From the NCBI GenBank assembly GCA_040752415.1, contig JBFMGU010000025.1:1-62289 (forward strand): a DNA stretch of 62,289 bases, in the 5' to 3' direction. The translations under genes were made by a program, and so were the position numbers. The notes beneath the pieces are model-generated. The model was not told the origin of the DNA, searched no databases, and saw nothing but the letters and a program-made list of their open reading frames with translations. Below, in pieces: positions 19,603 to 30,918 of the stretch (position 1 is its first letter; every line of letters begins with the position of its first letter). Origin of the DNA: Myxococcota bacterium. Its GTDB lineage: Bacteria > Myxococcota > JACRCW01.

Positions 19603-22428
19603 ATGACAACCCAGCCCAGCAGTCCGGTGGCGTTTCCCCACGCCCACCGGGATGACACCGCCCTCCTCCACCTCTGCCGCCGTGAGCTCGACGCCACCGG
19701 CATCAACACCGCCACCTGCCCGTGCTGCGGGAATGCCACCGCCGACACGCGCGTGAGCTGGCGCTTCCGAGCACACCGGCGCTTCCTCGAGACCATCCCC
19801 GTGCTCTGGGCGGCCACCGGGGTCATCTCGGCGCCGGCCCTCCCGTCGTGGCGCGTGGTCCTCCTGGGCCTGGTGGCGCTCTTCCCCTACGCGGCGGCGC
19901 AACTGACGCGCATGCGCATCACCATCATCCAGACCATCCTGCCCGCGTTGCTCCTCCTCGGCGGAACCACCACCGCGGCACGGGAGCATGACGACGGGCG
20001 CGCCATCTTCTGGCCGGTGATTGGCCTTCTCCTCGTGCTGGGTGCGGCGCTGGCGGGGTTGTCACGCGTGCGTGTGGTGGCGGCGCTGTGCCTGCCGTGC
20101 GCGGAGCGGGAGCGGCGTCGACGACGTCAGGAGGCCATCCAGGAGCTGTCGCGGGGAATGGCGGTGAACCTGGCCACGCTCCTCGTGGGATCGCTGGTGG
20201 TGTCGTGGTTGCTCCCCGCGCCGCCGCTGGGCCAGGCCGTCCCGGTGCTGCTCACGGTGGGCCTGGTGGTCTCCGTCGTGGTCATGGCGCGTGCGGTGAG
20301 CCCGGAGCCTCCGTGGCTGCGCCTGGTTGCCGCGCGTCCCCATGCGCTTACCGTCGAGACCCGCGGGGCGTGGTCGCGCGTCATCCCGGAAGAGCAGCCG
20401 GCGTTGCTGGAGGTGTCGCCGCTGGTGTCGTCGTCCCGCGTGGGTGTGGTGGTGCTGGCGGGCGCGGCGCTCACCGGGGTGACGCTGATGGCGCCCGTGG
20501 TGATTGACGCATGGGACAAGCCGGTTCTGATGGTCACCGTGCGCCCCATGGTCCTGCTGCATTCCGCGCCCGAGATGAACAGCCGCGCCTGGCCGCAACC
20601 GCTCGGCACGCGCGCCTGGGTGCGCACGCCGCGTTGGTGGGAGGCCGCGGGGTGGTGGCGTGTCACCGAAGACAACCCGGTGCCCGGCTACATCCGGAAC
20701 GGAGAAGGCCTGGCCACCTTGCCGGTGGCGTCGCACGTCGAGTTCGTGGTGGTGCCCACCAGCGCGGTGCTGACCCTGCCGGAGGCGTCCCAACGGGAGA
20801 TCCTCCCCATCGGAGCGGAGGTGCAGATCTCCAATGACCCGCGTCACGACGTCGACGGCCACGCGCTGGTCATCCGCGACCATGCACCCATCGGGTTCAT
20901 CCGTCGCACGCACCTGCGCATCACCCCTCCGGACGTCGAGGAGGTCATGGCCGCCAGCCTGCAGGCACTGCGTCAGCTGGACGTGGCGGAGTGCACCCGT
21001 CTCGCCGAGCGTGCGCATGTCCTCTGGCCTGAACATCCACACCCACGCGCCCTCCTTTCCGCAGTCTACGACGACACCAAGGACCCACGCGCCCAGGCGA
21101 TGTCCAGGGGAGTTGCACCGCTGCCCACGCCTCGCTTTCCCCCTCGCAAGGGTGTGACGGTGGGAGAGCCCGCCTATGTTGCCGCGTCCGTCCTGAACCT
21201 CCGCGCACGACCCGCATCCCGTTCCGCCACGCTCACACGCCTGCCCATCAATGCCGTCGTGGAACTGCTCGCGGACGAGCGTGAATGGGTGCGCGTCCGC
21301 ACGCGCGGTCACGTGGAGGCCCTCCAGCGCGTGGACCTGGGCACCTGGGAATCCCTTTCCACGGAGCTTTCCAGCGAGAACGTCGCAGAGGTTTCCGAAG
21401 AGTCCAACGAGCTCCCCCTCGTCGAGGGATACCTGCTGCGGGAGTACCTGGACGCCGTGCCGCAGGACGCGGGGGAGCTGGCCGGCACCGTGGAGGAGCA
21501 CCTGGCCGCGCGTCGCGTGCACGAGGCCACCGTGCTGCTGGAACGTCTCTTTGCCGTGGATCCCACGTCCATCCCCGTGGCGGAGCAGCTGTTGGACACG
21601 GCCATCCGCGCGCAGCGCTACCACACGGCCATCTTCGCGGTGGGCGCGATCCGGACCCTCCGCTCGCTGAACGCGTTCATCACACTGGAGAACTTCGACG
21701 TGATGTACGGCTGCCACGGGTCCTGGAGCGTGGCCGAGGTCTTCACCGCCCACGGAGCGAGCTACCACGCGTCCGAGGGACGTACCTCCGACCTGGTGCT
21801 GGGCGTTCCCGACGACGTGTGCCTCACCAACGTGGATGTCTCGGCGCCGTGCGGCGTCACCTCCGACGCTCCCAGCCTCGATGACATGCTCCACGCCGCG
21901 CTGCAGGACGTGGAGCACGAAGGAGACCATGAGGCCATCACCCTGCGCGTGCATGAGGCGTTCGAGCTGGCAGAGGAGGCATGGGAGAAGGAGAAGGCGG
22001 AGGCGGACGTCGAGGAACGTCGTCACGGGAGGTGGCTGGAGCGTCTGCGGGAGTTCTATGCGGAGCCAAGCCGGTTGCGCGTGCGCTTGCGGAATGACCT
22101 GCGGTCCACGTTCCGTCCTCCTCAGCCGCTGTTCCTGTACGCGCGGCCCATGGAGGTCTCGGATGGTTGCGACGCCGGCGTCCATCCCAGCAGCGAGATC
22201 GACGTGCGCGTGATTCCGCTGCGCCCGCTTCAACCCGGCGAAACCATCGAGCAATGGGTGGAGCTGTCGACCTACGAGGGCATGGAGTACGGCGTGGTCT
22301 TCGCCCCCAGCGCGGATGCGGTGCGCCGCCACCTCCTGCGTTCCCACGACGACACAGACGGAACCGTCACCCCGCTGGGCAACGTGCAGACCGCCACCAC
22401 GGTGTGCGTCACCGGCTGCGGCTGCTGA
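19603..22428 (+). CDS. Large membrane protein with N-terminal TM helices, SH3b-like domain(s), TPR-like helices and Cys-containing C-terminus
   Basis: AASVLNLRARP...LPINAVVELL...EWVRVRT is SH3b-like; several TM segments; ends CVTGCGC. Confidence 0.7.
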   Translation: MTTQPSSPVAFPHAHRDDTALLHLCRRELDATGINTATCPCCGNATADTRVSWRFRAHRRFLETIPVLWAATGVISAPALPSWRVVLLGLVALFPYAAAQLTRMRITIIQTILPALLLLGGTTTAAREHDDGRAIFWPVIGLLLVLGAALAGLSRVRVVAALCLPCAERERRRRRQEAIQELSRGMAVNLATLLVGSLVVSWLLPAPPLGQAVPVLLTVGLVVSVVVMARAVSPEPPWLRLVAARPHALTVETRGAWSRVIPEEQPALLEVSPLVSSSRVGVVVLAGAALTGVTLMAPVVIDAWDKPVLMVTVRPMVLLHSAPEMNSRAWPQPLGTRAWVRTPRWWEAAGWWRVTEDNPVPGYIRNGEGLATLPVASHVEFVVVPTSAVLTLPEASQREILPIGAEVQISNDPRHDVDGHALVIRDHAPIGFIRRTHLRITPPDVEEVMAASLQALRQLDVAECTRLAERAHVLWPEHPHPRALLSAVYDDTKDPRAQAMSRGVAPLPTPRFPPRKGVTVGEPAYVAASVLNLRARPASRSATLTRLPINAVVELLADEREWVRVRTRGHVEALQRVDLGTWESLSTELSSENVAEVSEESNELPLVEGYLLREYLDAVPQDAGELAGTVEEHLAARRVHEATVLLERLFAVDPTSIPVAEQLLDTAIRAQRYHTAIFAVGAIRTLRSLNAFITLENFDVMYGCHGSWSVAEVFTAHGASYHASEGRTSDLVLGVPDDVCLTNVDVSAPCGVTSDAPSLDDMLHAALQDVEHEGDHEAITLRVHEAFELAEEAWEKEKAEADVEERRHGRWLERLREFYAEPSRLRVRLRNDLRSTFRPPQPLFLYARPMEVSDGCDAGVHPSSEIDVRVIPLRPLQPGETIEQWVELSTYEGMEYGVVFAPSADAVRRHLLRSHDDTDGTVTPLGNVQTATTVCVTGCGC

Positions 22429-22434
22429 ACCGGT

Positions 22435-23253
22435 TCATTCCCGCCGCTGCGGCAAGCTCTCGCTCAGCGTGCGATGGAGCGCTGGCCGCGCGACCAACAG
22501 CGAAAACAGGTATGTGGCCGTTCCCAGCCCCAACGCCACCACCGTCCCACCGACGAGCGCGAGGTACACCAGGCCATTCGGGTCCCCCGGCAGTCGCCGT
22601 CCCATGCTGGATGCGCCCGCCGTGGACAGCAATCCCAACAACAACAATTGCGCACCCAATCCCACGGTCAGGAGCGCCGCGGTGGGAATCAGCATGATGC
22701 CGGCGGCCAACAACGCCGCAAGACCATCCTGACGCAGGTAGTGCATGGCCGCGGCAAACCCGAACGCGTCGGCCACCGCGCCCATGATCATGACGACGGG
22801 AATGAACGGGATGAACAGGATCCCGAACAGCGCCGGCGCCATCTGCAGGAACATTCCAACCTGGAAGCCCTGGTTGTCGCCGGTGGCCCACGCCACACCA
22901 ATGGGCGCAACCACCACACCAATCAGCGCCGCCGACAATGTCGCAAACGCCGCGGCCGCCGCCGCCCCCACCGCCACCCCGATTCCCGACGACACGGCGA
23001 GCTGCCTGGCGGAGCTGGACGCGGGCGGTCGCGTGTCCGTGGCGCGCAGCGTGACGCGCGGCGTGGCGGTGACGACGGGTGGAGGCAGATTCGGTTCGGC
23101 GGGTGGTGTGGGGCTGGTCCTGGACTCCGTCGACGCGGGTGGTGCGGATTCGACCGGAGCGGGCGGAGTCGCCTCTTCCGCGTGGAGCGGCGTCGTCGTC
23201 AGGATGGCAACCACAAGGCAACCCGCAACGCGCGCGCCGGCGATCCGATTCAT
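22435..23253 (-). CDS. Hypothetical membrane protein
   Basis: Signal peptide, Pro-rich linker, about 5 hydrophobic helices. Confidence 0.7.
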   Translation of the reverse strand: MNRIAGARVAGCLVVAILTTTPLHAEEATPPAPVESAPPASTESRTSPTPPAEPNLPPPVVTATPRVTLRATDTRPPASSSARQLAVSSGIGVAVGAAAAAAFATLSAALIGVVVAPIGVAWATGDNQGFQVGMFLQMAPALFGILFIPFIPVVMIMGAVADAFGFAAAMHYLRQDGLAALLAAGIMLIPTAALLTVGLGAQLLLLGLLSTAGASSMGRRLPGDPNGLVYLALVGGTVVALGLGTATYLFSLLVARPALHRTLSESLPQRRE

Positions 23254-23346
23254 CTTTTCTCCGAGGCAGGTCCGTGACTACCGTAGCTTCACCTCGCAGC
23301 GAAGCGCGGCGCAAGCACCATTCACTGCCGCCACACCGGAGCCTCC

Positions 23347-23976
23347 ATGAGTCGTCATCCGCGCAGGGACCTGCTGTCCGAGGAGAGGCGTCAGTTCCTG
23401 CGGCACGCCGGGGTGTCGGTGGCGTCGTTGGCGGGCATCTCCGCGTGTGGTCCGGGAGTGCAGTTCTGTCCCGACCCCGGTGATTCCTGCCAGCTCACAC
23501 CGGACAATCCCGAGGGTCCGTATTACCGGGCCGGCGCGCCGGAGCGGGAGGACTTCAACGTGCTCTCCCGGCCAGGCGACGCGCTGCGCTTCGGCGGGCG
23601 GGTGTTGTCGTCGGATTGTCGCACGCCCATCGAGGGCGCCGTCCTCGACGTGTGGCACGCGGATGGCGACGGAATCTACGACCTGGACACCGACCAGTAC
23701 GGCCTGCGCGGCCGCGTGACGACGAGCGCGGGAGGTGAATTCAAGATCAACACGGTGATGCCGGGTCCCTACTGGTTCGGCAACATGCCGCGCGCCCGTC
23801 ACGTGCACGTGCGTCTCACCGCGCCAGGCCACAATCCCCTCACCACGCAGCTCTATTTCGAGGGGGACCCCTGGATTGAACGCGACCTGCAGTTCAAGTG
23901 CGGCCTGACCATGCTGGTGCAGAAGCAGTCGGACCGCCTCGTCGCGGAATACGTGTTCGTCCTGCCCAGGGCGTGA
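23347..23976 (+). CDS. Intradiol ring-cleavage dioxygenase-like protein with Tat (lipo)signal
   Basis: RRQFL twin-arginine; EGPYY, DVWHADGDGIYD, LRGR, PGPY, RARHVHVR, LTTQLYF. Confidence 0.88.
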   Translation: MSRHPRRDLLSEERRQFLRHAGVSVASLAGISACGPGVQFCPDPGDSCQLTPDNPEGPYYRAGAPEREDFNVLSRPGDALRFGGRVLSSDCRTPIEGAVLDVWHADGDGIYDLDTDQYGLRGRVTTSAGGEFKINTVMPGPYWFGNMPRARHVHVRLTAPGHNPLTTQLYFEGDPWIERDLQFKCGLTMLVQKQSDRLVAEYVFVLPRA

Positions 23977-24000
23977 GCGCGCCGCCCGCGTCGCACGTGG

Positions 24001-25434
24001 TCAGGGTGCGTGGGATTCCGGGCCGGGCCGGTGCGCATACCGACGTGGGTTGGCGCGGAACGCGTTGCGACACGCCTCCGAGCAGAACAGGTACTCGACG
24101 CCCGCCGCCTTCGTCGTCGGTGCGCCGGGCGCGTCCACGGTCATCCCGCAGACCGGGTCGCGTTGGCGGAACCACTCCGGTCCCCGACGGAAGGGCTTGC
24201 CGCGCGCCAGGGTGGTCATCAGCGTCAGATGGTTGAGCACCAACCGCGGCATCAGGAAATGCTCCCGGACGCGCTCACGCCCCGACACTCCCAGCTCCTT
24301 GGCCCGCGCCGGATTCTCCAACAACGCCACCAGGGCTTCCGCGCACTGATCCACCGTGTCGACGAGGATGCCCCCCACACCGTCGGCCATCTGCAAGGGA
24401 ATTCCACCGGCCCTTCCCGCCACCACCGGTGTGCCCTTCCACATGGCCTCCGAAACCACCAGGCCAAAGCCTTCCCGGATGGACTTCTGGATCACCACGT
24501 TGGACATCGCCTGGAACGCGTTCACCTCGATGTTGCCCACGCCAAGCAGGTTGGTGAACAGGTGGACGTTCCGGTCGACCTTCGTCTCGGCAATGAGCTG
24601 GCGGTAGAGCTGCCATCCCTCCGGATCGTCCAGAGCGAACGCACCGACGAGCGCGAGCTGCAGGTCGGGCACCCTGTCTCGCGCCATGCGATACGCGGCA
24701 ATCACGCCGAAGGGATCCTTCCACGGATCGAAGCGTGACACCTGCGTGACCAGGGGCTGGTCCAGTCGCACGCCAATCCACTCCAGCACCTCGCGCGCGG
24801 TGTGGGGCGCCAACGAGATGTTCTTGGGACTCAACGGATCAATGGCCGGCGGAATGACCTCCACGCGCGAGACCGGCATCCCCGCGGGGATGAAGTCCTC
24901 CATGGTGAAGATGGCCGCGTCGTATCCCTCGAGAAACGGCCGCAGGAACCGCCACACCTCGGGGTTGGGCGCGGACGTGTCGATGTGGCAACGCCACACC
25001 CAGTGGGCATGACCCTTCCCGCGCATGGAGAGCAGCGCTGCCGGCTGCGGATCGTCGACGAAGATGAAGTCGTATTCCTCGCGAAATGCCTTGGCGTTGC
25101 TGCGTGAGTTGGCCAGGTAGATGTCCTTCTCCGCCTGGGTGAGCGAGCGGGCCGCGCCCTGGAGGCCGTTATGCATGACCTTGGTGACCTGGAAGAATGC
25201 GTCGTCACCGCTGATGATGCGCCAGTCCGCCACCAGGCCCAGGTCATTGAGGATGGGAATGACGGAGCGCAGGACCTCCGAGACACCTCCGCCGTACGGC
25301 GTGGCGTTGACGTGCAGCACCCGCGCGCCATGCAGCCCCCGCGCCGCTTCGCGCAGCTTCTCCAGTTGGATGTCCGGTGCAATCCCGCGGTAGGCGTCCA
25401 ACGAGCGCGTGCCCACGTCGACAAGGTCAAGCAT
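24001..25434 (-). CDS. TreT-like GT4 glycosyltransferase (trehalose synthase) fused to a C-terminal YHS domain
   Basis: HVNATPYGGGVSE, WRCHIDTS, QVSRFDPWKD, QKSIREGFGLVVSEAMWKG; C-terminal DPVCGMTV...YLFCSEACRNAF..NPRRY. Confidence 0.9.
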   Translation of the reverse strand: MLDLVDVGTRSLDAYRGIAPDIQLEKLREAARGLHGARVLHVNATPYGGGVSEVLRSVIPILNDLGLVADWRIISGDDAFFQVTKVMHNGLQGAARSLTQAEKDIYLANSRSNAKAFREEYDFIFVDDPQPAALLSMRGKGHAHWVWRCHIDTSAPNPEVWRFLRPFLEGYDAAIFTMEDFIPAGMPVSRVEVIPPAIDPLSPKNISLAPHTAREVLEWIGVRLDQPLVTQVSRFDPWKDPFGVIAAYRMARDRVPDLQLALVGAFALDDPEGWQLYRQLIAETKVDRNVHLFTNLLGVGNIEVNAFQAMSNVVIQKSIREGFGLVVSEAMWKGTPVVAGRAGGIPLQMADGVGGILVDTVDQCAEALVALLENPARAKELGVSGRERVREHFLMPRLVLNHLTLMTTLARGKPFRRGPEWFRQRDPVCGMTVDAPGAPTTKAAGVEYLFCSEACRNAFRANPRRYAHRPGPESHAP

Positions 25435-25807
25435 GCGTCCTCCGCGGTCTGCCCTTCGGCGCCTGGGCAGGGTGGTCCTGCTCCAATCGACGTCGGCGTC
25501 GCCGTGTCCCGTGCAACCTCAGGACCGCCACGAGGAGAACGGCGAGCAGACCCGCCGCGCCGCCCTCTACGCCCCAGGCGCCGCTGCAGCCCGCCACGGC
25601 GGGACACAGGTCCCGCGCGCTGATCTGCGTCATCTGCCCCTTGTCCTCGAGGCCAAACACGCACAGCTCGCCGGTGGGCAGCGCGCAGAACCGGTCGCGT
25701 GGACACTCCTTGAGGATTTTCTGCGGCGCACCCGTGGCGCACTTCGCCCCGCTCTCACTCAAGACCTCGATCACGACGTCGGGGTGCTTCGTCAGGAGTT
25801 CGGGCAT
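25427..25807 (-). CDS. Small Cys-rich protein with C-terminal TM segment
   Basis: MPELLTKHPDVV..KC..CPRDRFC..ELCVFG; GGGAG SD; overlaps the treT-like start. Confidence 0.7.
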   Translation of the reverse strand: MPELLTKHPDVVIEVLSESGAKCATGAPQKILKECPRDRFCALPTGELCVFGLEDKGQMTQISARDLCPAVAGCSGAWGVEGGAAGLLAVLLVAVLRLHGTRRRRRRLEQDHPAQAPKGRPRRTHA

Positions 25808-25943
25808 GGCGGTCTCCCTTCCGGGGGTGTAGCGACCCACCCGGGCAGCCTCCATCCGCTCGCACCGGCATCGACGTCAGGTGTCCAAGCTTGCCGCAGC
25901 GCCGGAGGGAGATAGACCGACGACGACAGTCGGGAGGTGCTGG

Positions 25944-27299
25944 ATGTACCGCCCTGTCGTGATGGTGCTCATGCTCGGCGGGTGGATGGTCTGTTCAGGA
26001 TCAACCGCGGCGCCGACGTTGATCGGCGTGACGACGCAGGATGCCCCATCCAGCACCGCGTCCCCGAAGCATGACGGCATGCGGGTATCCCTCCAGCTCC
26101 ACACCGAGGGACTGGTGGCGCCCATCCAGATGGCCTTTCTTCCCGACGACACCGGGCGCGCCCTGGTCGCGGACCAGCCCGGCCTCATCCACGTGCGCGA
26201 GGCCAACGGCACGCTCCGCGCGGAGCCCCTGCTCGACGTGCGCCCGCGCCTGGTGAGGCTCAACTCCGGCTACGACGAGCGCGGTCTCCTCGGAATGGCG
26301 CTGCACCCGGGCTTCGCGAGCAATGGCCGGATGTTCGTCTATTACAGCGCCAAGCGTCGTTCCCAGGCGCCGCACGACTTCGACCACACCGGTCGACTGG
26401 CCGAGCTCCGAGTGAATCCGCAACGCCTGCCGCCCACGGACATTCAGCACGAGCGCGTGATCCTGGAGGTGGACCAGCCGCAGGCCAACCACAACGGTGG
26501 CGCGGTGGCATTTGGTCCCGACGGGATGCTGTACCTCGCCCTGGGCGACGGAGGCGCAGCCAATGACCGCGGGAAGGGCCACGCACCGGGCGGGAACGGC
26601 CAGTCGCTGGACACGCTGCTCGGGAAGATCGTGCGCATCGACGTCGACGGGGCGGCGCCCTACGCCATTCCGCCGGACAATCCGTTCATGAACCGGGAAG
26701 GCGCCGACGAGATCTTTGCCTACGGCCTGCGCAACCCATGGCGCTTCTCCTTCCGTGACGACGGAGCACTGCTCGTGGGCGACGTGGGCCAGCACCTCTG
26801 GGAGGAAGTGAGCGTGGTGCGCAAGGGCGGGAACCTGGGGTGGAACCTGATGGAGGGCGCGCACTGCTTCAATCCCGACACACCCGGCACCTCGCCGAAG
26901 GATTGCGCGCGGACGGGAGCGCACGGTGAACCGCTCGTATTACCGGTCATCGAGCTCGAGAACAGCAGCACGTTCCCTGATGGCATCGGAAACACCGTGA
27001 TCGGCGGATACCTGTATCGGGGGCGCGCCATTCCGTCGCTGAAGGGGCGTTACGTGTTCGGGATGTGGAGCCGGGACTTCGGTGACGCGTCGGGCGCGTT
27101 GCTGGTCGCGGAGGCGAGGGAGCGGGGGATGTGGCCGTTCCAGCCGCTGCCGCTCGTCGAGGGGGACGGCGCGAACATCGGGCGCTTCGTGCTCTCCCTG
27201 GCGGAGGACGCGGAAGGCGAGCTGTACGTGCTCACCGCCGGGCGCGGCGGCCCGACGGGCAAGACGGGGAAGGTGTTCAAGCTGGTCCCCGCGCCGTGA
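25944..27299 (+). CDS. PQQ-dependent sugar dehydrogenase (GSDH) family protein, second paralog
   Basis: DERGLLGMALHP, NHNGGAVAFGPDGMLYLALGDGG, EIFAYGLRNPWRFSF; start codon uncertain. Confidence 0.9.
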   Translation: MYRPVVMVLMLGGWMVCSGSTAAPTLIGVTTQDAPSSTASPKHDGMRVSLQLHTEGLVAPIQMAFLPDDTGRALVADQPGLIHVREANGTLRAEPLLDVRPRLVRLNSGYDERGLLGMALHPGFASNGRMFVYYSAKRRSQAPHDFDHTGRLAELRVNPQRLPPTDIQHERVILEVDQPQANHNGGAVAFGPDGMLYLALGDGGAANDRGKGHAPGGNGQSLDTLLGKIVRIDVDGAAPYAIPPDNPFMNREGADEIFAYGLRNPWRFSFRDDGALLVGDVGQHLWEEVSVVRKGGNLGWNLMEGAHCFNPDTPGTSPKDCARTGAHGEPLVLPVIELENSSTFPDGIGNTVIGGYLYRGRAIPSLKGRYVFGMWSRDFGDASGALLVAEARERGMWPFQPLPLVEGDGANIGRFVLSLAEDAEGELYVLTAGRGGPTGKTGKVFKLVPAP

Positions 27300-27315
27300 C
27301 GGATTTGGGTCGGTG

Positions 27316-27363
27316 AAAGCAAGAGGGCCCGCAGTTTGTGACGCTGCGAGCCCTCGGCTTTTC
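27316..27363. terminator. Probable bidirectional rho-independent terminator between the GSDH gene and ssrA
   Basis: AAAGC-AA-GAGGGCCCGCAG...CTGCGAGCCCTC-GGCTTTTC stem with A/T-rich flanks. Confidence 0.65.
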
Positions 27364-27367
27364 AGGA

Positions 27368-27725
27368 TGGAGGCGGCGGGAATCGAACCCGCGTCCGAAA
27401 GTGATCAGTACGTTGCGTCTACGCGTGTAGCCTCGTGATTTCTCTAGCCACCATCACCGCCCACGGGCAGGCTGTGACGGTCGCGATCCCGTGTGATCTC
27501 AACCCTGGTACTCGGGCGCTCCCAGGGTCCAGCCCGCTTCATGACACCGGCGACCCCTCCCGCAGGCGCGGAGGGACCGATGGCTCTTCAACTACTCAAT
27601 CAAGCAGCGAGAGCGAGCTCAACGTCATCGTTGGCACTCGTGATTTTCCCGCCTTTTTACGAGGTGACAGGAACCCCCGACGCGCAGCAACGACCTCCCT
27701 ACCCTCGTCGAAGCCGGTCGCCCCC
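27368..27725 (-). ncRNA. ssrA: tmRNA; tag (A)NDDVELALAA* at 27635-27600
   Basis: 5' GGGGGCG pairs with 3' CGCCTCC-A (G3:U alanine identity); T-arm GGGTTCGATTCCC; tag ends ALAA; CCA not encoded. Confidence 0.96.
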
Positions 27726-27806
27726 ATGACGAATCCGTTTCACGAGCGAGGCGCAATCTAGGGATCCACCCTGGCCTCCGCAAGCCCTCCGCTCCAGACT
27801 GCGTCC

Positions 27807-28268
27807 ATGTCCCCTCGCGTGCTCGCCGCCGTCGCTGCCGCCCTGCTGGTGTTGCTCCCGCTCGGCTGGTGGCTGCTCCGCTCCGACGAGGACCGCATCC
27901 GCGCCGTGATGGCGGAGGCCGAGGCGGCGGTGGAGGAGCGCAACCCGCAAGGCGTCATGGACACCCTCACCCAGGACTTCACCGCTCCACGCGGCGTCAC
28001 GCGGGACAGCCTCCATGACGCCCTCAACCGCTGGCTCTTCACCTACCAGGTGGACGTGGAGCTGACGCCCAATCCGCTGGAGGTGCACCTCAACCCCGAC
28101 CACGACGACGAGGCCACGGTCACCTTCCACGTCCGCGCCCGCGTCCGCCAACGCAACGACGAGCCCTGGACGGAATGGCAATCCACGCGCGAGCTGCAGC
28201 GCGGCCTCATCGCCACGTTCCGTCGCACCGACGAGGGATGGCGTATCCGACGGGTGGACGCGCCGTAG
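27807..28268 (+). CDS. Membrane-anchored NTF2-like hypothetical protein
   Basis: N-terminal TM, SDEDRIRAVM helix, C-terminal FRRTDEGWRIRRV. Confidence 0.7.
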   Translation: MSPRVLAAVAAALLVLLPLGWWLLRSDEDRIRAVMAEAEAAVEERNPQGVMDTLTQDFTAPRGVTRDSLHDALNRWLFTYQVDVELTPNPLEVHLNPDHDDEATVTFHVRARVRQRNDEPWTEWQSTRELQRGLIATFRRTDEGWRIRRVDAP

Positions 28269-28271
28269 CAC

Positions 28272-29204
28272 TCACTGCGGCAACGGCTTGAGCCCCAGCT
28301 TCTTGAGCAGCGCCTCGTCACCGTGATTGTGGTGCTGCCAGTACGGGTCGCGGAAGGAGCCGGTCATCTCCGCGCGGTCCTGCCCCACGTGCTCCCATGC
28401 AATGACCTTGCGCGGCTCCGCGCGCTCCACCCACCAGTGCATGGTGCCGCCCTGCGCCATGGTCAACGTGTACTTCTCGACGTCAAACGCGCCTGCGGGA
28501 ACGCTGAGCTTCTCACCGCCACCGGACCGCGTGAACGTGGCTGGTTCCGGCTGCGCGGGCTTGTGCAGCAGTCGCAGGGTCTTGAGACGCGGCACCACGT
28601 CCAGCTTCACGGTCTGACCGGGATGGAGCGTCACCGGACCCAGGCCACGCACCGCCAGGAACAGGTGGTCGACGAAGATGGCGTTCCTGAGCTCCACCTG
28701 CCCGCTCTCGTCGGCCTCGCCGTCAAAATAGCTGTGGCGGTCAAAGCGCGCGGTGCCACCGGGCAGGAACCACCAGCTCTCGAAGACGTGGCCGCACCAC
28801 TCCTGCGCGCTGAAGGAGAGCTTCACCGGCGCAAACGCCCCTTGCCCATGGCCCGCCTCCACGCGCACCCACGCGCTGGTCATGACGTTGTAGTCGTAGA
28901 CGCCGGTCTGGAAATCCTCGACGAGATTCAGCTTCACCGCCTGGAATTCGTCGTCGGGGGGATGACGTCCCGGGTCCGCCTTGACGCGCGCGCTGTTGCT
29001 GAACGGCTCGGTGACGTAGATGGCCACCGCCTGGCCCTTGCGCTGCTCGCCATAGCGGCTCTGCGTGAGGGTGTACCCGGTGAGCTCGGCCTTCCCGTCG
29101 CCCCAGTGCTGCCAGAAACCCGCCGGTGCCGCGCGCACCCCGGTGACGACGAGAAACCCCGCCGCCACCAGGACCAACGCGCGCGCCACGTGCTGCAGCC
29201 GCAT
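28272..29204 (-). CDS. Conserved secreted hypothetical protein
   Basis: Signal peptide; WGDGKAELTGY..QSRYGE, IYVTEPF, KLNLVEDFQTGVYDY, QEWCGH. Confidence 0.8.
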   Translation of the reverse strand: MRLQHVARALVLVAAGFLVVTGVRAAPAGFWQHWGDGKAELTGYTLTQSRYGEQRKGQAVAIYVTEPFSNSARVKADPGRHPPDDEFQAVKLNLVEDFQTGVYDYNVMTSAWVRVEAGHGQGAFAPVKLSFSAQEWCGHVFESWWFLPGGTARFDRHSYFDGEADESGQVELRNAIFVDHLFLAVRGLGPVTLHPGQTVKLDVVPRLKTLRLLHKPAQPEPATFTRSGGGEKLSVPAGAFDVEKYTLTMAQGGTMHWWVERAEPRKVIAWEHVGQDRAEMTGSFRDPYWQHHNHGDEALLKKLGLKPLPQ

Positions 29205-29210
29205 GGTGCC

Positions 29211-30824
<1,614 letters not shown>

Positions 30825-30918
30825 GGCTACCTCGGGCAGGGGCTGCTCAGGGGCCCACATTTGTTGGTTGTAGCGCTTACGGCCGTCGCTGCCGCCCGTC
30901 AATTGGGGCGGGGGGGCG

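Noticed and set aside
2194..27299. Recent duplication of the two GSDH genes (both end KLVPAP)
   Set aside because: The proteins differ widely outside family motifs; old paralogs
27368..27400. tmRNA 3' end as the attachment site of an integrated island
   Set aside because: No duplicate of the 3' end, integrase or phage gene was seen in the window; a native-looking terminator follows directly
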